Source: a virus (taxonomy: Duplodnaviria > Heunggongvirae > Uroviricota > Caudoviricetes). Taken from it: DNA of 64,000 nt. Below the pieces are notes generated by a model. The model was not told where the DNA came from and did not search any database. It saw only the letters and a list, made by a program, of their open reading frames with translations. The position numbers and the translations under genes were made by a program. Below, one piece after another: positions 53,893 to 63,650 of this stretch (position 1 is the stretch's first letter; each line of letters opens with the position of its first letter). The stretch lies in the IMG/VR virus record IMGVR_UViG_3300042270_000314; one strand, written 5' to 3'.

Positions 53893-54281
53893 TCAAAATT
53901 AAAGTTGGAATATCCATGTTCTAATACCTCTTCCTTCAATTTGTCAATATCAATATCAAGATCGTAATCTTCTACACGTTCAACCAAATTTACTAAATTA
54001 ACTGTTTCATGTCTCTCGTAGTTGAAATCGTCATAGTAGTTTATATTATTACTTTCTAATTCTTTGTAATGAATAATCCACTCAGATTTAGGAAACATAT
54101 CTTCATTGTTACGAAACATATCCCATCTCTCATTAATAGGAATGCTTTTGTTTTTAATATATACGGAAATATAATCAAAAATTTCTTTCTGCTTTAATTT
54201 TAACTTTTTAATTTCCTCGTAGAGTTCATCAATGTTATCAATGGTCATTCTAGATTTCCCTCCATCGCCATTTATTAGCAA
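53886..54281 (-). CDS. hypothetical protein (131 aa)
   Basis: Track ORF. Confidence 0.4.
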   Translation of the reverse strand: MLINGDGGKSRMTIDNIDELYEEIKKLKLKQKEIFDYISVYIKNKSIPINERWDMFRNNEDMFPKSEWIIHYKELESNNINYYDDFNYERHETVNLVNLVERVEDYDLDIDIDKLKEEVLEHGYSNFNFDW

Positions 54282-54440
54282 TTTCTAAAAAGTTATCATC
54301 ATATTCATACTGGAAAGACCATTCAGGGCCATACATTTCAAACATTCTTTTTCGGGATTCATCAAAAGACCCTTCAATCACAACATAACAATTTGCGTGT
54401 TTTTGACCACAACCAAAAGTAAATGCATACTTACTCATTT

Positions 54441-54893
54441 TTACATCTCCATTACAATAGATTTCACAAGATTTCCATCTACATTGCCATTAAAGTGTTT
54501 TGTAACAACACCAATAGCTTGCATCTTATTCTTAAACTGAGAAAAGTCAACTGTTTTTAGAAAATTTCTAATTTCTTCTTCTGTTGCCATTTGAGGTAGA
54601 ATTGATTCACAAAGTTCAATAAAATCATATGCTTCTGTGAGTTTTGGATTTGGTGTGTCTAGCCCAATTCCCTGTATAGGGTTCTGAATAAGATTTGGGA
54701 TAGTTACTTCCTTAACAGATTTAACAATATTCTTGATAATCTTAATAGCTTCTTCGTCAGTAACAGTTTTTTCTTTGTTCTTGGATGCTGTCTGAAACTG
54801 GCCAATTAGGAATTTAATATTATCCTTACGAATTGAATTACCAGCCTTTAGAGCCTCAATCATAGCTTTCTGTAGTTGTTCCTGAATTGTCAT
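54441..54893 (-). CDS. GatB/YqeY-domain protein
   Basis: MTIQEQLQKAMIEALKAGNSIRKDNIKFLIGQ...EEEIRNFLKT...AIGVVTKHFNGNVDGNLVKSIVMEM matches the YqeY family pattern. Confidence 0.5.
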   Translation of the reverse strand: MTIQEQLQKAMIEALKAGNSIRKDNIKFLIGQFQTASKNKEKTVTDEEAIKIIKNIVKSVKEVTIPNLIQNPIQGIGLDTPNPKLTEAYDFIELCESILPQMATEEEIRNFLKTVDFSQFKNKMQAIGVVTKHFNGNVDGNLVKSIVMEM

Positions 54894-55156
54894 TTTACTT
54901 TTCCACCTTTTTATAAATGTTTAAAAACTCTTTAATTTCCATTGTTTCATTTTGAAACATTCTATGTTTTCCTAAAGGATGCATAGCATATAAAACCCAT
55001 CCATCTTTCACATCTTTAATTGTTACAAATCTATATTCGTCTACAAAGAAAGGATTTCCATCACCATATGACAAATAAAATAAATCATCTTTCTTAATAA
55101 ACGGATCAGAAGTTTGTTTTGTTTTAAAAATCTTCTTTAAAAAATGTAAACATCTA

Positions 55157-55408
55157 TCAACTCCAATTAAAAATACAATTTAGAAGTGATTGTTTTTCTT
55201 CAAAATAAGGACATTTGTTTAATAGATTGTCGGAATATGGATTACAATATCTTGGTGTTGTTATAACTTCGAGAGGAGTATCTCTCTGTTTATATTCTTT
55301 TATCCTTTTACATCTAGCTTCAGCCATTCGAGGTCCATCTACCGGAATCCAATCAATATATCGGCAATCTTTACAGAAGACTTTCATTACCACCACCAAC
55401 TTTGCCAA
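55157..55408 (-). CDS. Cys-rich small protein (83 aa)
   Basis: Track ORF with several CxxC pairs. Confidence 0.35.
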   Translation of the reverse strand: MAKLVVVMKVFCKDCRYIDWIPVDGPRMAEARCKRIKEYKQRDTPLEVITTPRYCNPYSDNLLNKCPYFEEKQSLLNCIFNWS

Positions 55409-55920
55409 TACTTGTTAATGTAATTTAAAAGCATATTCATATCTTCTTTCTTATGTTGTTCAACAAGTTTATGTATATTCAAAAATTGTTGGGTTTCAAT
55501 TTTTTCATCTTCAGGAGTCTTTACATTTTCTCGATGTGTTTTAAAAAATCCGTTTTCTACAGAACAATCGAGGGTTCCCCATTTCTTATCATGAAACATA
55601 AATCCATTTTCATGATACCACCAATCATCTTTCTGTCTTCTACAAATTTCTTTACAAATTTTTAATCTTTTAATGTGTTTTTCACAACCACAAACATACT
55701 TGCTTCCTCTCTTGAATGATTCAATCATCAAATCAAATTTCTTTTCCCAAATAGGAAACATATACGAATAATCCCAGCTTCTATCTTTCCAGATAATAGG
55801 GAACCAAATGATAAGATTTTTAATACCATATTTGATATCATAATAGAAGTTCTGGATTTTCTTCCAAATCCACACAATATCATCAATCTTATCTTCTAAA
55901 AATTCTTTCATGCTATTCAC
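55387..55920 (-). CDS. hypothetical protein (177 aa, Trp-rich)
   Basis: Track ORF. Confidence 0.4.
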   Translation of the reverse strand: MNSMKEFLEDKIDDIVWIWKKIQNFYYDIKYGIKNLIIWFPIIWKDRSWDYSYMFPIWEKKFDLMIESFKRGSKYVCGCEKHIKRLKICKEICRRQKDDWWYHENGFMFHDKKWGTLDCSVENGFFKTHRENVKTPEDEKIETQQFLNIHKLVEQHKKEDMNMLLNYINKYWQSWWW

Positions 55921-55922
55921 CT

Positions 55923-56330
55923 TTATAGAAGGATATTATCAAAAATATCTTCAAGATCAGCAAAACGATATTTAATTATTTGATCGTTTTTAATAACCAC
56001 ATCAGCTAGGGACAGTAGTCTATAATAAGAAGTCGATGATACAACATCACTACGTTTATGATTAAGCCATATTTCTTCATCAATATAAAATGTAATTCTA
56101 TTCCATAACTGCTCACTAGGTTTATAAAATTTTTTACTAATTTTAATATACTTGTTTTTATTTTTGTTGGGATTCAATTTCATACTTTTGTTTTCTTTAA
56201 TAAGCTCATTATTATGTTCTCTTAAATGATTAATAAGATCAACTATTTGAGTTGTTTTCAGTGAGGTGATAGACTTTGATAGAAACAAATCTGTGTATTC
56301 TTTAATTAAATCAAGGTCTGGATAAGACAT
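55923..56330 (-). CDS. hypothetical protein (135 aa)
   Basis: Track ORF. Confidence 0.4.
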   Translation of the reverse strand: MSYPDLDLIKEYTDLFLSKSITSLKTTQIVDLINHLREHNNELIKENKSMKLNPNKNKNKYIKISKKFYKPSEQLWNRITFYIDEEIWLNHKRSDVVSSTSYYRLLSLADVVIKNDQIIKYRFADLEDIFDNILL

Positions 56331-56346
56331 AATAATCCCCCTGTTT

Positions 56347-56568
56347 TTATCGTTCCAGAATTACAAAATGACCAAAATGACTATCAAACACAGTAACTAG
56401 ATGTTCATAATCACCATTCATCATATCACTAATCAGTTCTTCGATTTCTTCTTTTGAATATGAAAGATGTTTAGCAAAACTTTTTGCATAACCTAATAGG
56501 CAAAAGGCATTACCTTCAGGACCAGTCAAATCAATAATCATTTCTTTGTTCTGTTTTTCTCTGATCAT
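56347..56568 (-). CDS. hypothetical protein (start moved to the internal Met because the track start overlaps tRNA-Met)
   Basis: Track ORF 56347..56619 overlaps the tRNA at 56590-56663. Confidence 0.35.
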   Translation of the reverse strand: MIREKQNKEMIIDLTGPEGNAFCLLGYAKSFAKHLSYSKEEIEELISDMMNGDYEHLVTVFDSHFGHFVILER

Positions 56569-56589
56569 AATGTTTTCCTTTGAAGATTG

Positions 56590-56663
56590 TACCCCTACCA
56601 AGATTTGAACTTGGGACATTCCGGTTATGAGCCGGGGGTTCTAACCAACTGAACTATAGGGGT
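56590..56663 (-). tRNA. tRNA-Met (anticodon CAU; elongator or Ile2-type)
   Basis: ACCCCTATAGTTCAGTTGGTTAGAAC...CCGGCTCATAACCGG...GTTCAAATCTTGGTAGGGGTA; A1-U72 paired, so not an initiator. Confidence 0.65.
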
Positions 56664-56666
56664 AAA

Positions 56667-56744
56667 TGGTGACCCTGACAAGAATCGAACTTGTGACATC
56701 GAACTTAGAAGGATCGTACTCTATTCCAACTGAGTTACAGGGCC
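56667..56744 (-). tRNA. tRNA-Arg (anticodon UCU), CCA encoded
   Basis: GGCCCTGTAACTCAGTTGGAATAGAGT...CGATCCTTCTAAGTTCG...ACAAGTTCGATTCTTGTCAGGGTCACCA; one U-U mismatch in the anticodon stem. Confidence 0.55.
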
Positions 56745-56750
56745 ATGTTG

Positions 56751-57107
56751 TTAATAAGTTAATTTTAATTTAGGTTTAACCTTTTGTAAATAAAAATCTT
56801 TTATAGATTGATTCTTAATTGTTTCAGGCCAAAACCAAATATCAAATCCATATTTTTCAATTTGTGTAATGACTCTTGAAACGTGTTTGGCACTTAATGA
56901 ATCATTACCTTTTTTCCAAGGAATTTCAAAGTCAGTAATTAAACTATAGTCAACTCTACCAAAGTCATTAATATACCAAACATCAAATGTTTTAGATGTA
57001 TCAGACAAATCTCTAAAAGTTAAAAAATATAATAGCTTTTTATCTCTAAAAACAAGGAAGACGGAATTTAGAGTAAAAAGACCGTCTTCCTTGTCAACTT
57101 TAAACAT
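56751..57107 (-). CDS. hypothetical protein (start moved to MFKVDKED..., avoiding the overlap)
   Basis: The track ORF 56751..57296 N-terminus overlaps the better-looking ORF 57100..57483 in another frame. Confidence 0.35.
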   Translation of the reverse strand: MFKVDKEDGLFTLNSVFLVFRDKKLLYFLTFRDLSDTSKTFDVWYINDFGRVDYSLITDFEIPWKKGNDSLSAKHVSRVITQIEKYGFDIWFWPETIKNQSIKDFYLQKVKPKLKLTY

Positions 57108-57483
57108 CGAGAGGTACTTCCTTATAGATAACATACTTATGGGTAAAATTATTGAGCTTATAAAACTTCTTTGCGCGTTTACAAAACTTAACAAATTGTT
57201 TTTCAAGAGAAGATGGAATAGGCATCTTCGAACCAAATTCATAATCAAAAGGCCTTTCAGCGGCAATAGACACTGCATCATCCTTTGTAAATACATCTTT
57301 CTTATTACAAAGACTCCAACCTACTATAATCTTGCATTCTCCATTAAGATCGCAAAATGTTTTTGCATAGAGACACCCATAAGGAGTTCCCTTTTCTCTA
57401 TAAGGAGTAGCAATTCCCTCTTCATCATAATCAAATCCAACAATTCTACCCTTTTTACGAACATATTCAATAAGATGTGACAT
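57100..57483 (-). CDS. hypothetical protein (127 aa)
   Basis: Track ORF. Confidence 0.4.
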   Translation of the reverse strand: MSHLIEYVRKKGRIVGFDYDEEGIATPYREKGTPYGCLYAKTFCDLNGECKIIVGWSLCNKKDVFTKDDAVSIAAERPFDYEFGSKMPIPSSLEKQFVKFCKRAKKFYKLNNFTHKYVIYKEVPLDV

Positions 57484-57484
57484 T

Positions 57485-57676
57485 TTAAACTCCTTCTGTA
57501 TATTGTTTGAATAATTCTTTTTCTAATTTGTGAATTTCATATTGTAAACACCTAAATTTAGTTAATTCTTGTTCATGTTCAATCTCCCTGATAAGGTTAA
57601 TGTATTTTATTTTAAGAGAAAGATTGGGAGAGCTGGATTCTTCCAGGGCAGATTCAAGGTCTGCTATGACGTCCAT
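57485..57676 (-). CDS. hypothetical small coiled-coil protein (63 aa)
   Basis: Track ORF. Confidence 0.35.
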   Translation of the reverse strand: MDVIADLESALEESSSPNLSLKIKYINLIREIEHEQELTKFRCLQYEIHKLEKELFKQYTEGV

Positions 57677-57701
57677 ACGTTCATCTCTCCCAAAATTTTA
57701 T

Positions 57702-58526
57702 TTACATAGGAAGGGCATACATATCCATAGCAAGTCTTTCATACTTGCGATATGCATTTCCAAAAATGTTAGAAGTATCTTCGCGGCGAGTAGAAGTCTG
57801 GTGAGTCATGATTTCAGTGATAGCATTGAATGCACCAAATCGGGTTTCATCATGTTTTTCACGATTCATCACTTCTTCATAAGTTACAAGGATTCTTTCC
57901 TTCATCTTGTCATTATTGACATAATCACGAGAATCAAGGAAAACTTCCATATCATTCATGGTATGAGGGATCTTCGTCCACTTCTGCCAAATCGGGATAA
58001 TTTCTTCGCCAATGGACTTAGCACCAATTTCAAATGTGGATCGAATTGTTTCGAGCTGATCTGAGTTGTGAGTGAAATTTAATCCAAAGAGATTCTTTTT
58101 ACCAAAAACCATTCCATTGGAACAGATGCTCCTGAAAAGGCTGAGATTATATCCATATCGGATGGTTGTATTAAATCCGTTATAAATTTCAAGCATAACA
58201 TGGGAAATATCGCCATTAGCAACTTCGAAAGTCAGTTCATCATCTTCGAAGACGATTCGACGAACCCAAGTTTCCCCACCCTTCTTAATGAAATCCATGG
58301 TCTGCTTAACCTTGTACTTCGAGAAGGCTTCTCCAAAAAGCTCGTTGACTTCATTATTAGTAATAACCTTATAATCCTTACCAACCATACCCACAGGGCG
58401 TCCGGTTTCAGTATTGATAAGAACATCCTTTGCCAACTGAATTTCCTTGTTCCCATACTTTGCAAAAACAGGGGTACGTTCTACTTCAAAGAAGGGATTG
58501 AAAGTGGTAGTAGCGGGAGTAGCCAT
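57702..58526 (-). CDS. hypothetical protein (274 aa) expressed from the duplicated promoter/leader
   Basis: Track ORF; upstream 58530-58615 is the reverse-complement copy of the 26341-26423 promoter/leader/RBS. Confidence 0.45.
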   Translation of the reverse strand: MATPATTTFNPFFEVERTPVFAKYGNKEIQLAKDVLINTETGRPVGMVGKDYKVITNNEVNELFGEAFSKYKVKQTMDFIKKGGETWVRRIVFEDDELTFEVANGDISHVMLEIYNGFNTTIRYGYNLSLFRSICSNGMVFGKKNLFGLNFTHNSDQLETIRSTFEIGAKSIGEEIIPIWQKWTKIPHTMNDMEVFLDSRDYVNNDKMKERILVTYEEVMNREKHDETRFGAFNAITEIMTHQTSTRREDTSNIFGNAYRKYERLAMDMYALPM

Positions 58527-58587
58527 TTTTAATCTCCTGTGTTATTTGTTGTTGTGTTGAGATTAGAATATAAAATTTTTGAAAGTT

Positions 58588-58615
58588 TGTAAACAGTTTT
58601 TTTAAACTTTCATAA
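58588..58615 (-). promoter_or_regulatory. sigma70/T4-early-like promoter (GTTTACA-N16-TATATT) with conserved leader; copy of 26354-26381
   Basis: ctGTTTACAaactttcaaaaattttaTATTCTaatctcaacacaacaacaaataacacaggagattaaaaATG on the minus strand. Confidence 0.5.
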
Positions 58616-58877
58616 AATTTTCTACTTCTTCGCGAACATCAGGAGGGAAGGCATTGAAGAAAATTCGAATTTCATCGGTATCTTCAATTCCAAAAAATTC
58701 CCGGATGGCATTTACAATTTCAAAGGGGGTCATGTCAGGATTTTTCTTCTTGAGGGACTTGTAGATTTTGCGAAGGGCAGATTTTAATGTATTACAAACA
58801 TACTGACGGGTAGTTCCGAGTTCCTGGGCAATTTGTTCACCGTCCATGGGTTCGACTTTTTCAAAATAAGAATTCAT
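58602..58877 (-). CDS. small DNA-binding protein with sigma-70 region-4-like HTH
   Basis: GEQIAQELGTTRQYVCNTLKSALRKI. Confidence 0.4.
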   Translation of the reverse strand: MNSYFEKVEPMDGEQIAQELGTTRQYVCNTLKSALRKIYKSLKKKNPDMTPFEIVNAIREFFGIEDTDEIRIFFNAFPPDVREEVENFMKV

Positions 58878-58941
58878 TTGATTTCTCCATTGTTATTGTG
58901 TTGATAAAAAGAACTTAACAAAAACTTTCGACAATGTAAAC

Positions 58942-59310
58942 TTATTTTTTAATTTTTCTAAAACTAGGGCAACGAATGATTTTTGCCAGGGCAGACTGCT
59001 TACAGTCACCCTCACAGCGAAGACACTTTTCATTATATCCAGATTCGAAGAAAGAAGTCTCATCGAATTCAATGTTTTCTTCCTGAACTTTCGTTTCTTC
59101 TTTGGACTTCCTTCTTCTCTTTCCAGGTACAGGAATTTCAGAAACTTCAATAACCCTGAGGGTTCCAAGATTTTCATTTTTCAACTTTTCAATAAGCCTT
59201 AAAGCAGGAGCTTCATTCTTCCAAAGACAACATCTTTTAGAATCATCCACAAATTTGAATGTGTAAGCATTTGCAAGTCGTTCATTGTTATCATTAATAA
59301 TAGCAAACAT
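58942..59310 (-). CDS. hypothetical protein (122 aa); first gene downstream of the 59395-59730 repeat module
   Basis: Track ORF. Confidence 0.4.
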   Translation of the reverse strand: MFAIINDNNERLANAYTFKFVDDSKRCCLWKNEAPALRLIEKLKNENLGTLRVIEVSEIPVPGKRRRKSKEETKVQEENIEFDETSFFESGYNEKCLRCEGDCKQSALAKIIRCPSFRKIKK

Positions 59311-59394
59311 CTTAATCTCCGATTTGGTTTGTGTGGTTAAGATGAATTTAGAATAACCAATCTCTTAGAAGAAGTACACTAAAAAGTGGAATCC

Positions 59395-59730
59395 TAAATT
59401 ATTGAAATTATTAGCTTTTTCAAAACTCATCGGAATCGTAATGTTTTATACACCTTTTTTCATAGTTTTCCCCAGTTTTCTCGTAAGTTATTGATATTAT
59501 TAGGAAAACTAAGATTTTGGTGGATTTCTAAGTTATTGAAATAATTAGGCTTCCGGAAAAGTGTGAAAATCTCGAGATTTCCGGACTTATTTTCCTCATT
59601 GAGCATATTTTATCATCTGATCTCATTTTCCCTGTTTACAATTGAATCCCGGCAGGGTAGTTAATATATTAACTTGGTACGGAGGGTATAGTATATAGAA
59701 TTATATTGATTGGTGAAACAATACAGGAAA
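59395..59730. repeat. second copy of the ~340-bp intergenic regulatory module (see 37130-37480)
   Basis: ttctcgtaagttattgatattattaggaaaactaagattttggtggatttctaagttattgaaataatta and gttaatatattaacttggtacggagggtatagtatatagaattatattgattggtgaaacaata are identical to the 37.2-37.5 kb copy. Confidence 0.7.
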
Positions 59731-59794
59731 TAATTATGAAAAAAGGTAACTAGAAAAATCTAATTACCTTTTGAATGGATTGGATTTAGAAAGA

Positions 59795-60781
59795 CTATTC
59801 AGTTGGCTTGAATAAATCTTCAAGTATCTTTTTACACATTGTCAATTTTAAATGATCTGGGATAGAAATTTTATCAAGGTAAGTCAAGAATAATTGTTTC
59901 TCATCTAATGTTGAAAATTCCTCAGTAGGAATATCCATTTTGACATCTTCAATTTCAATTCTTGAATAATCAACATCAACTTGTAAAGGTTCTAGGGATT
60001 TGATTTTTGTCAAGAAATCTAAAATATCCATTTCTGAATATTCTTTTGTGAAATAAATTTTAACAATGTTCCCTTTAATTAGGGTTTCATCAAGATTCAT
60101 GTCAAAAACATGAATAAATTTTGGTGCATCAATAAATTCAACAAATTCCAATTCTAATGTTTCATCATCAAAAATATGGAACCCTCTTTTTGCATTAATA
60201 TCATTAAAATTATGCCCATACATATTGCCAATATAAATGATGTTATCTTTTTGGGATTGAGTATGATAATGACCTGATAGAACAATTTCATAATCCTTAA
60301 AAGAAGAAATTTCTTCTCCATGAAATGATGTTGTGTTATCATTCATCTTAAAATCTTTAATATCAAAATGCCCCATTAGAATTTTGGTATTTAAAGATTT
60401 GTACTCATTTGATCATGGGCAAAGCCCAATCTTATCATAAATAACAGTTGGTTCATTTACAATCTTAATATTATCATACTTATCAATAGTTTGAAGTGAA
60501 TTAAGTTCATTTGTATGCTTAAAATAAGCATCATGATTTCCACAAATAATATAGGTGGAAAAATCATTCAACATTTCACAAATTATCCTAGCAGAATCAA
60601 TAGCCTTAACAGATAATTCTTTCTTGTCATGATAAAAATCACCAAGAAAAATTATTGATTTAATGTTTCTTCTTCTTGATTCTGTGGTTAAAAAATCCAC
60701 AGCTTTAATTGGAAGTTTTTCTCATACTTCATTATTAATGTTTAGACCCACATGAAGGTCTGTAAAAAGAGCATGTTTCAT
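59795..60781 (-). CDS. gp47: recombination endonuclease subunit gp47 (Mre11/SbcD-like metallophosphoesterase), 328 aa, 2 in-frame TGA
   Basis: Track ORFs 59795..60376 and 60413..60700 plus an upstream extension share a frame (MKHALFTDLHVGLNINNEVW*EKL...IIFLGDFYHDKK...IICGNHDAYF...LMGHFDIKDF...VLSGHYH). Confidence 0.75.
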
Positions 60782-60783
60782 TA

Positions 60784-61269
60784 TTCTTTATCCTCACATA
60801 TTTCTAAATTACAATTGTTCAAATTAGGTGTCTCTTCATCTATTTCAAAAACTTCAATTTCACAATAATATGAATAGTTGATAGCACTCATAGAATCGTC
60901 TTCTTGAATGATTTCTTTAAGATCAAATAATCTTTTCTTTGTTTTGGATTTTTTCTTTTCATTGCCTATAAATGCGATAAATGCATTTCAAGCAATCTGA
61001 GTGATGTAAGCGAATGGATTATTAGATTTTTCTAAATCAAAATTTCTGAGACCTTTGATGATTGCTACATGAGCATCTGACTTCATATCTTCCAAATATG
61101 TGTAACCATTAAAGTTTGGTCTATGAGAAAGACCATTTACAATCTGAATAATATATTTCCCTAAAGTATCAGAAAAGACATTGGTGCTCTTAAGCTTTTC
61201 AATCTCAATAATAAGATCTTTATTCTTTACATAATAATTACATTTAGTTTCCTTTGTTTTAGGTTCCAT
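60784..61269 (-). CDS. gp55: late-transcription sigma factor gp55, ~162 aa, 1 in-frame TGA
   Basis: MEPKTKETKCNYYVKNKDLI...HVAIIKGLRNFDLEKSNNPFAYITQIAW*NAFIAFIGNEKKK matches T4 gp55 (MSETKPKYNYVNNKELL...[34 protein letters not shown]); its stop overlaps the gp47 start. Confidence 0.75.
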
Positions 61270-61338
61270 AATAAAAAATACCCCCATTTCAAATTTATAT
61301 AAATTTAAAACAGGGGAATTAAATTGTAAACAATACAA

Positions 61339-61748
61339 TTAATCTTTTTTGTGTAATTCATATTCATCACATATCATCTCTAACAACTTCTTCAGATTTA
61401 ATGATTCACTATTATCTTCTTTTATATTTTCTTTTAATTTACAGACATCATGTGCATTAAAATTATCTACTATTTTATTTAGAAGAGCTATTTGTTCTTT
61501 CTGTTTTGAGCTAATATCATCTGTAGTTGTAACAACACCTATAAATTTATCTACAATTTTTAAAAATTCTTCGTGTTGTTCTTGTATTTTTTCCATATGT
61601 AAATTTAGTTTTTTAGAAGTTTCTTTTAATTCTTTAATATCTTGTTCAACCAAATCTTCTAATTTAAAATATCTATTGTAAATTCTAACTAGAAAAAATA
61701 TGGCTGCTAATAATAAAATGGATATTGTTTTTCAAACCTCTATACTAA
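61339..61748 (-). CDS. membrane-anchored coiled-coil protein (136 aa, 1 in-frame TGA)
   Basis: Track ORF 61339..61653 extended upstream through TGA to ATG 61748 (MVELFLSLPFSIEVW*KTISILLLAAIFFLV...). Confidence 0.4.
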
Positions 61749-61807
61749 ATGGCAAACTTAAAAATAATTCTACCATATCGTTCTCCTTATTATTTACACA
61801 TCACCTC

Positions 61808-62113
61808 CTATTTTAAAACATCAACCCGTATTAAGAAGGAATTGTTTTCATTAAGTTCTTTCTTATGAACTATGATCCTTGATCTATGTGGAACTTTTAA
61901 AATTATTGACTTCCCGAATTCATTATTAATGTATATTTCATCAACATTTTCAAAAGTTTTATCTAATAATACATCCTCCAGGTTGACTTCCTCTGACTTA
62001 TAAAACAGCATATTAGTTATAAACAAAATACCTATGATGATTGCTGAAATATAATGAAGATTAGATAATATTTTATGTAAAAATAATCCTATCTTCCCTT
62101 TAATATACTGCAT
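61808..62113 (-). CDS. small membrane protein (101 aa)
   Basis: Track ORF with a hydrophobic helix. Confidence 0.4.
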   Translation of the reverse strand: MQYIKGKIGLFLHKILSNLHYISAIIIGILFITNMLFYKSEEVNLEDVLLDKTFENVDEIYINNEFGKSIILKVPHRSRIIVHKKELNENNSFLIRVDVLK

Positions 62114-63155
62114 AAGACCCGTCTACCTCTTCAATTATTTTACTATATATTCAACCGAAGTTAAGTTCCTCAAGTCTTTTAATATTTATTGAAAATTTAG
62201 TTTGAGAGCTCAAAATTTTAGATTCTCAATTATTATTTAATAATGCTTCTTGAAATAATATTGCTGTATCTGACCCCATTTTATAAAAATCTGGTGAAAT
62301 TGTCATAGCTATCCCCTTTTGTGAATAATAAAAATTTTCACATAGTTCTAAATGTTTTCTATTATATTTAAACATATCATCTAAAACTGATTTTTTGGAT
62401 TTTACAACATTATAATCAGTATCTGTTAATGTTTGAAAAGCATATATTATTACACCAAGTTTTTCTCTTTGCAATTTATTTAATGTTTCTCTTAATCCTG
62501 AAATTGTATTTATAACTATTACATTAACATCAAATGAGGTATTCTTTTTAATCTGTTCTTTATATTGATCAGCTAGAAAAAAAGAAGTTGTGCTGGAATC
62601 TGATAATATTCAAAACTTCGATGGATAAACTTCTATTTTCGAAAGCATTTTAAAAAATTTATCTAAAGTAATATATTCTTCTATACCACTATATTTTGAT
62701 ATTTCTATATTATCTGAATTAACATAATCTAAAATAGGTTTATTAATCCCGGTAAAAAATATTTTATGAGTTTTAGAAAAAGGTATTCCTATGTTCTTAA
62801 ATGCAGTATCATCAACAGTAAAGATATAATCTGGGGCGAATGCTTTAATATCCCATATAACTTTTTTTGATATGTATTCTATTTCTTCTGGTGTTGTAAA
62901 AGTCAAACCAGTTTTCATGTATCATACTTGAATATCAAATTGATAATCATTCTTTCATTTTGTCAACTGTGAAATTATGCCTTGTGTTTGTGGGCTTCCA
63001 CAAACATGGTCAATATCATATGAATTAACTATAGCAATTTTTAATACTGGTAATAAAAGACTCTTATTCAAATTCGATGTTGATACTGGTTTAGTAATCA
63101 ACAAAAGATCTAACGTAAAAATTAAAGTTATAAATAACAATTTCCACAGCCGCAT
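62100..63155 (-). CDS. putative secreted protein (~351 aa) with N-terminal signal peptide; 4 in-frame TGA
   Basis: Track ORFs 62955..63155, 62610..62918 and 62226..62474 share one frame joined by TGA; MRLWKLLFITLIFTLDLLLITKPVSTS signal-like N-terminus. Confidence 0.4.
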
Positions 63156-63165
63156 AGCAAATCCT

Positions 63166-63635
63166 CTTTATCTTCTTTTGAAAATTTGAGCAATTTTCAT
63201 TCTAAGTTTTTTACTGAAATCTTTGGCCCAATTGCCCACAATAACCTTTTCTATTTTTTCAATAGTATCTAAATGTTCCATTTTTGACATATAATAAGGG
63301 GGCTTCCAAAAATATCTTCTAATTCCAAATGCAATATAAGGGTATTTTCTTTTTATTAATTGTCATGTGAAATTTAAATTTTTTGATTTTGAATAATTCT
63401 TAATCCAATCATCTACAAATTTTCTTCTGTCCTGTCTAGGGATATATGTCAGGTTAATGCCCTGTATATAGTGATGCTCATGATTTGACTTGGGATGTAT
63501 TCCTGAAATTTTGTTAATAAAAAGAATATGAGGTCTAGGATCATGAGCGAATCCAGTGTAATTGAATGTATAGAATTCACCAGATCTCATTGTAATATTG
63601 CCATGTTTATGGGTAAGCGATATTTTAATTGCCAT
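63166..63635 (-). CDS. hypothetical protein (~156 aa, 1 in-frame TGA)
   Basis: Track ORF 63363..63635 extended downstream through TGA to TAA ~63166. Confidence 0.35.
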
Positions 63636-63650
63636 AGTTTTGTTCCTTTA

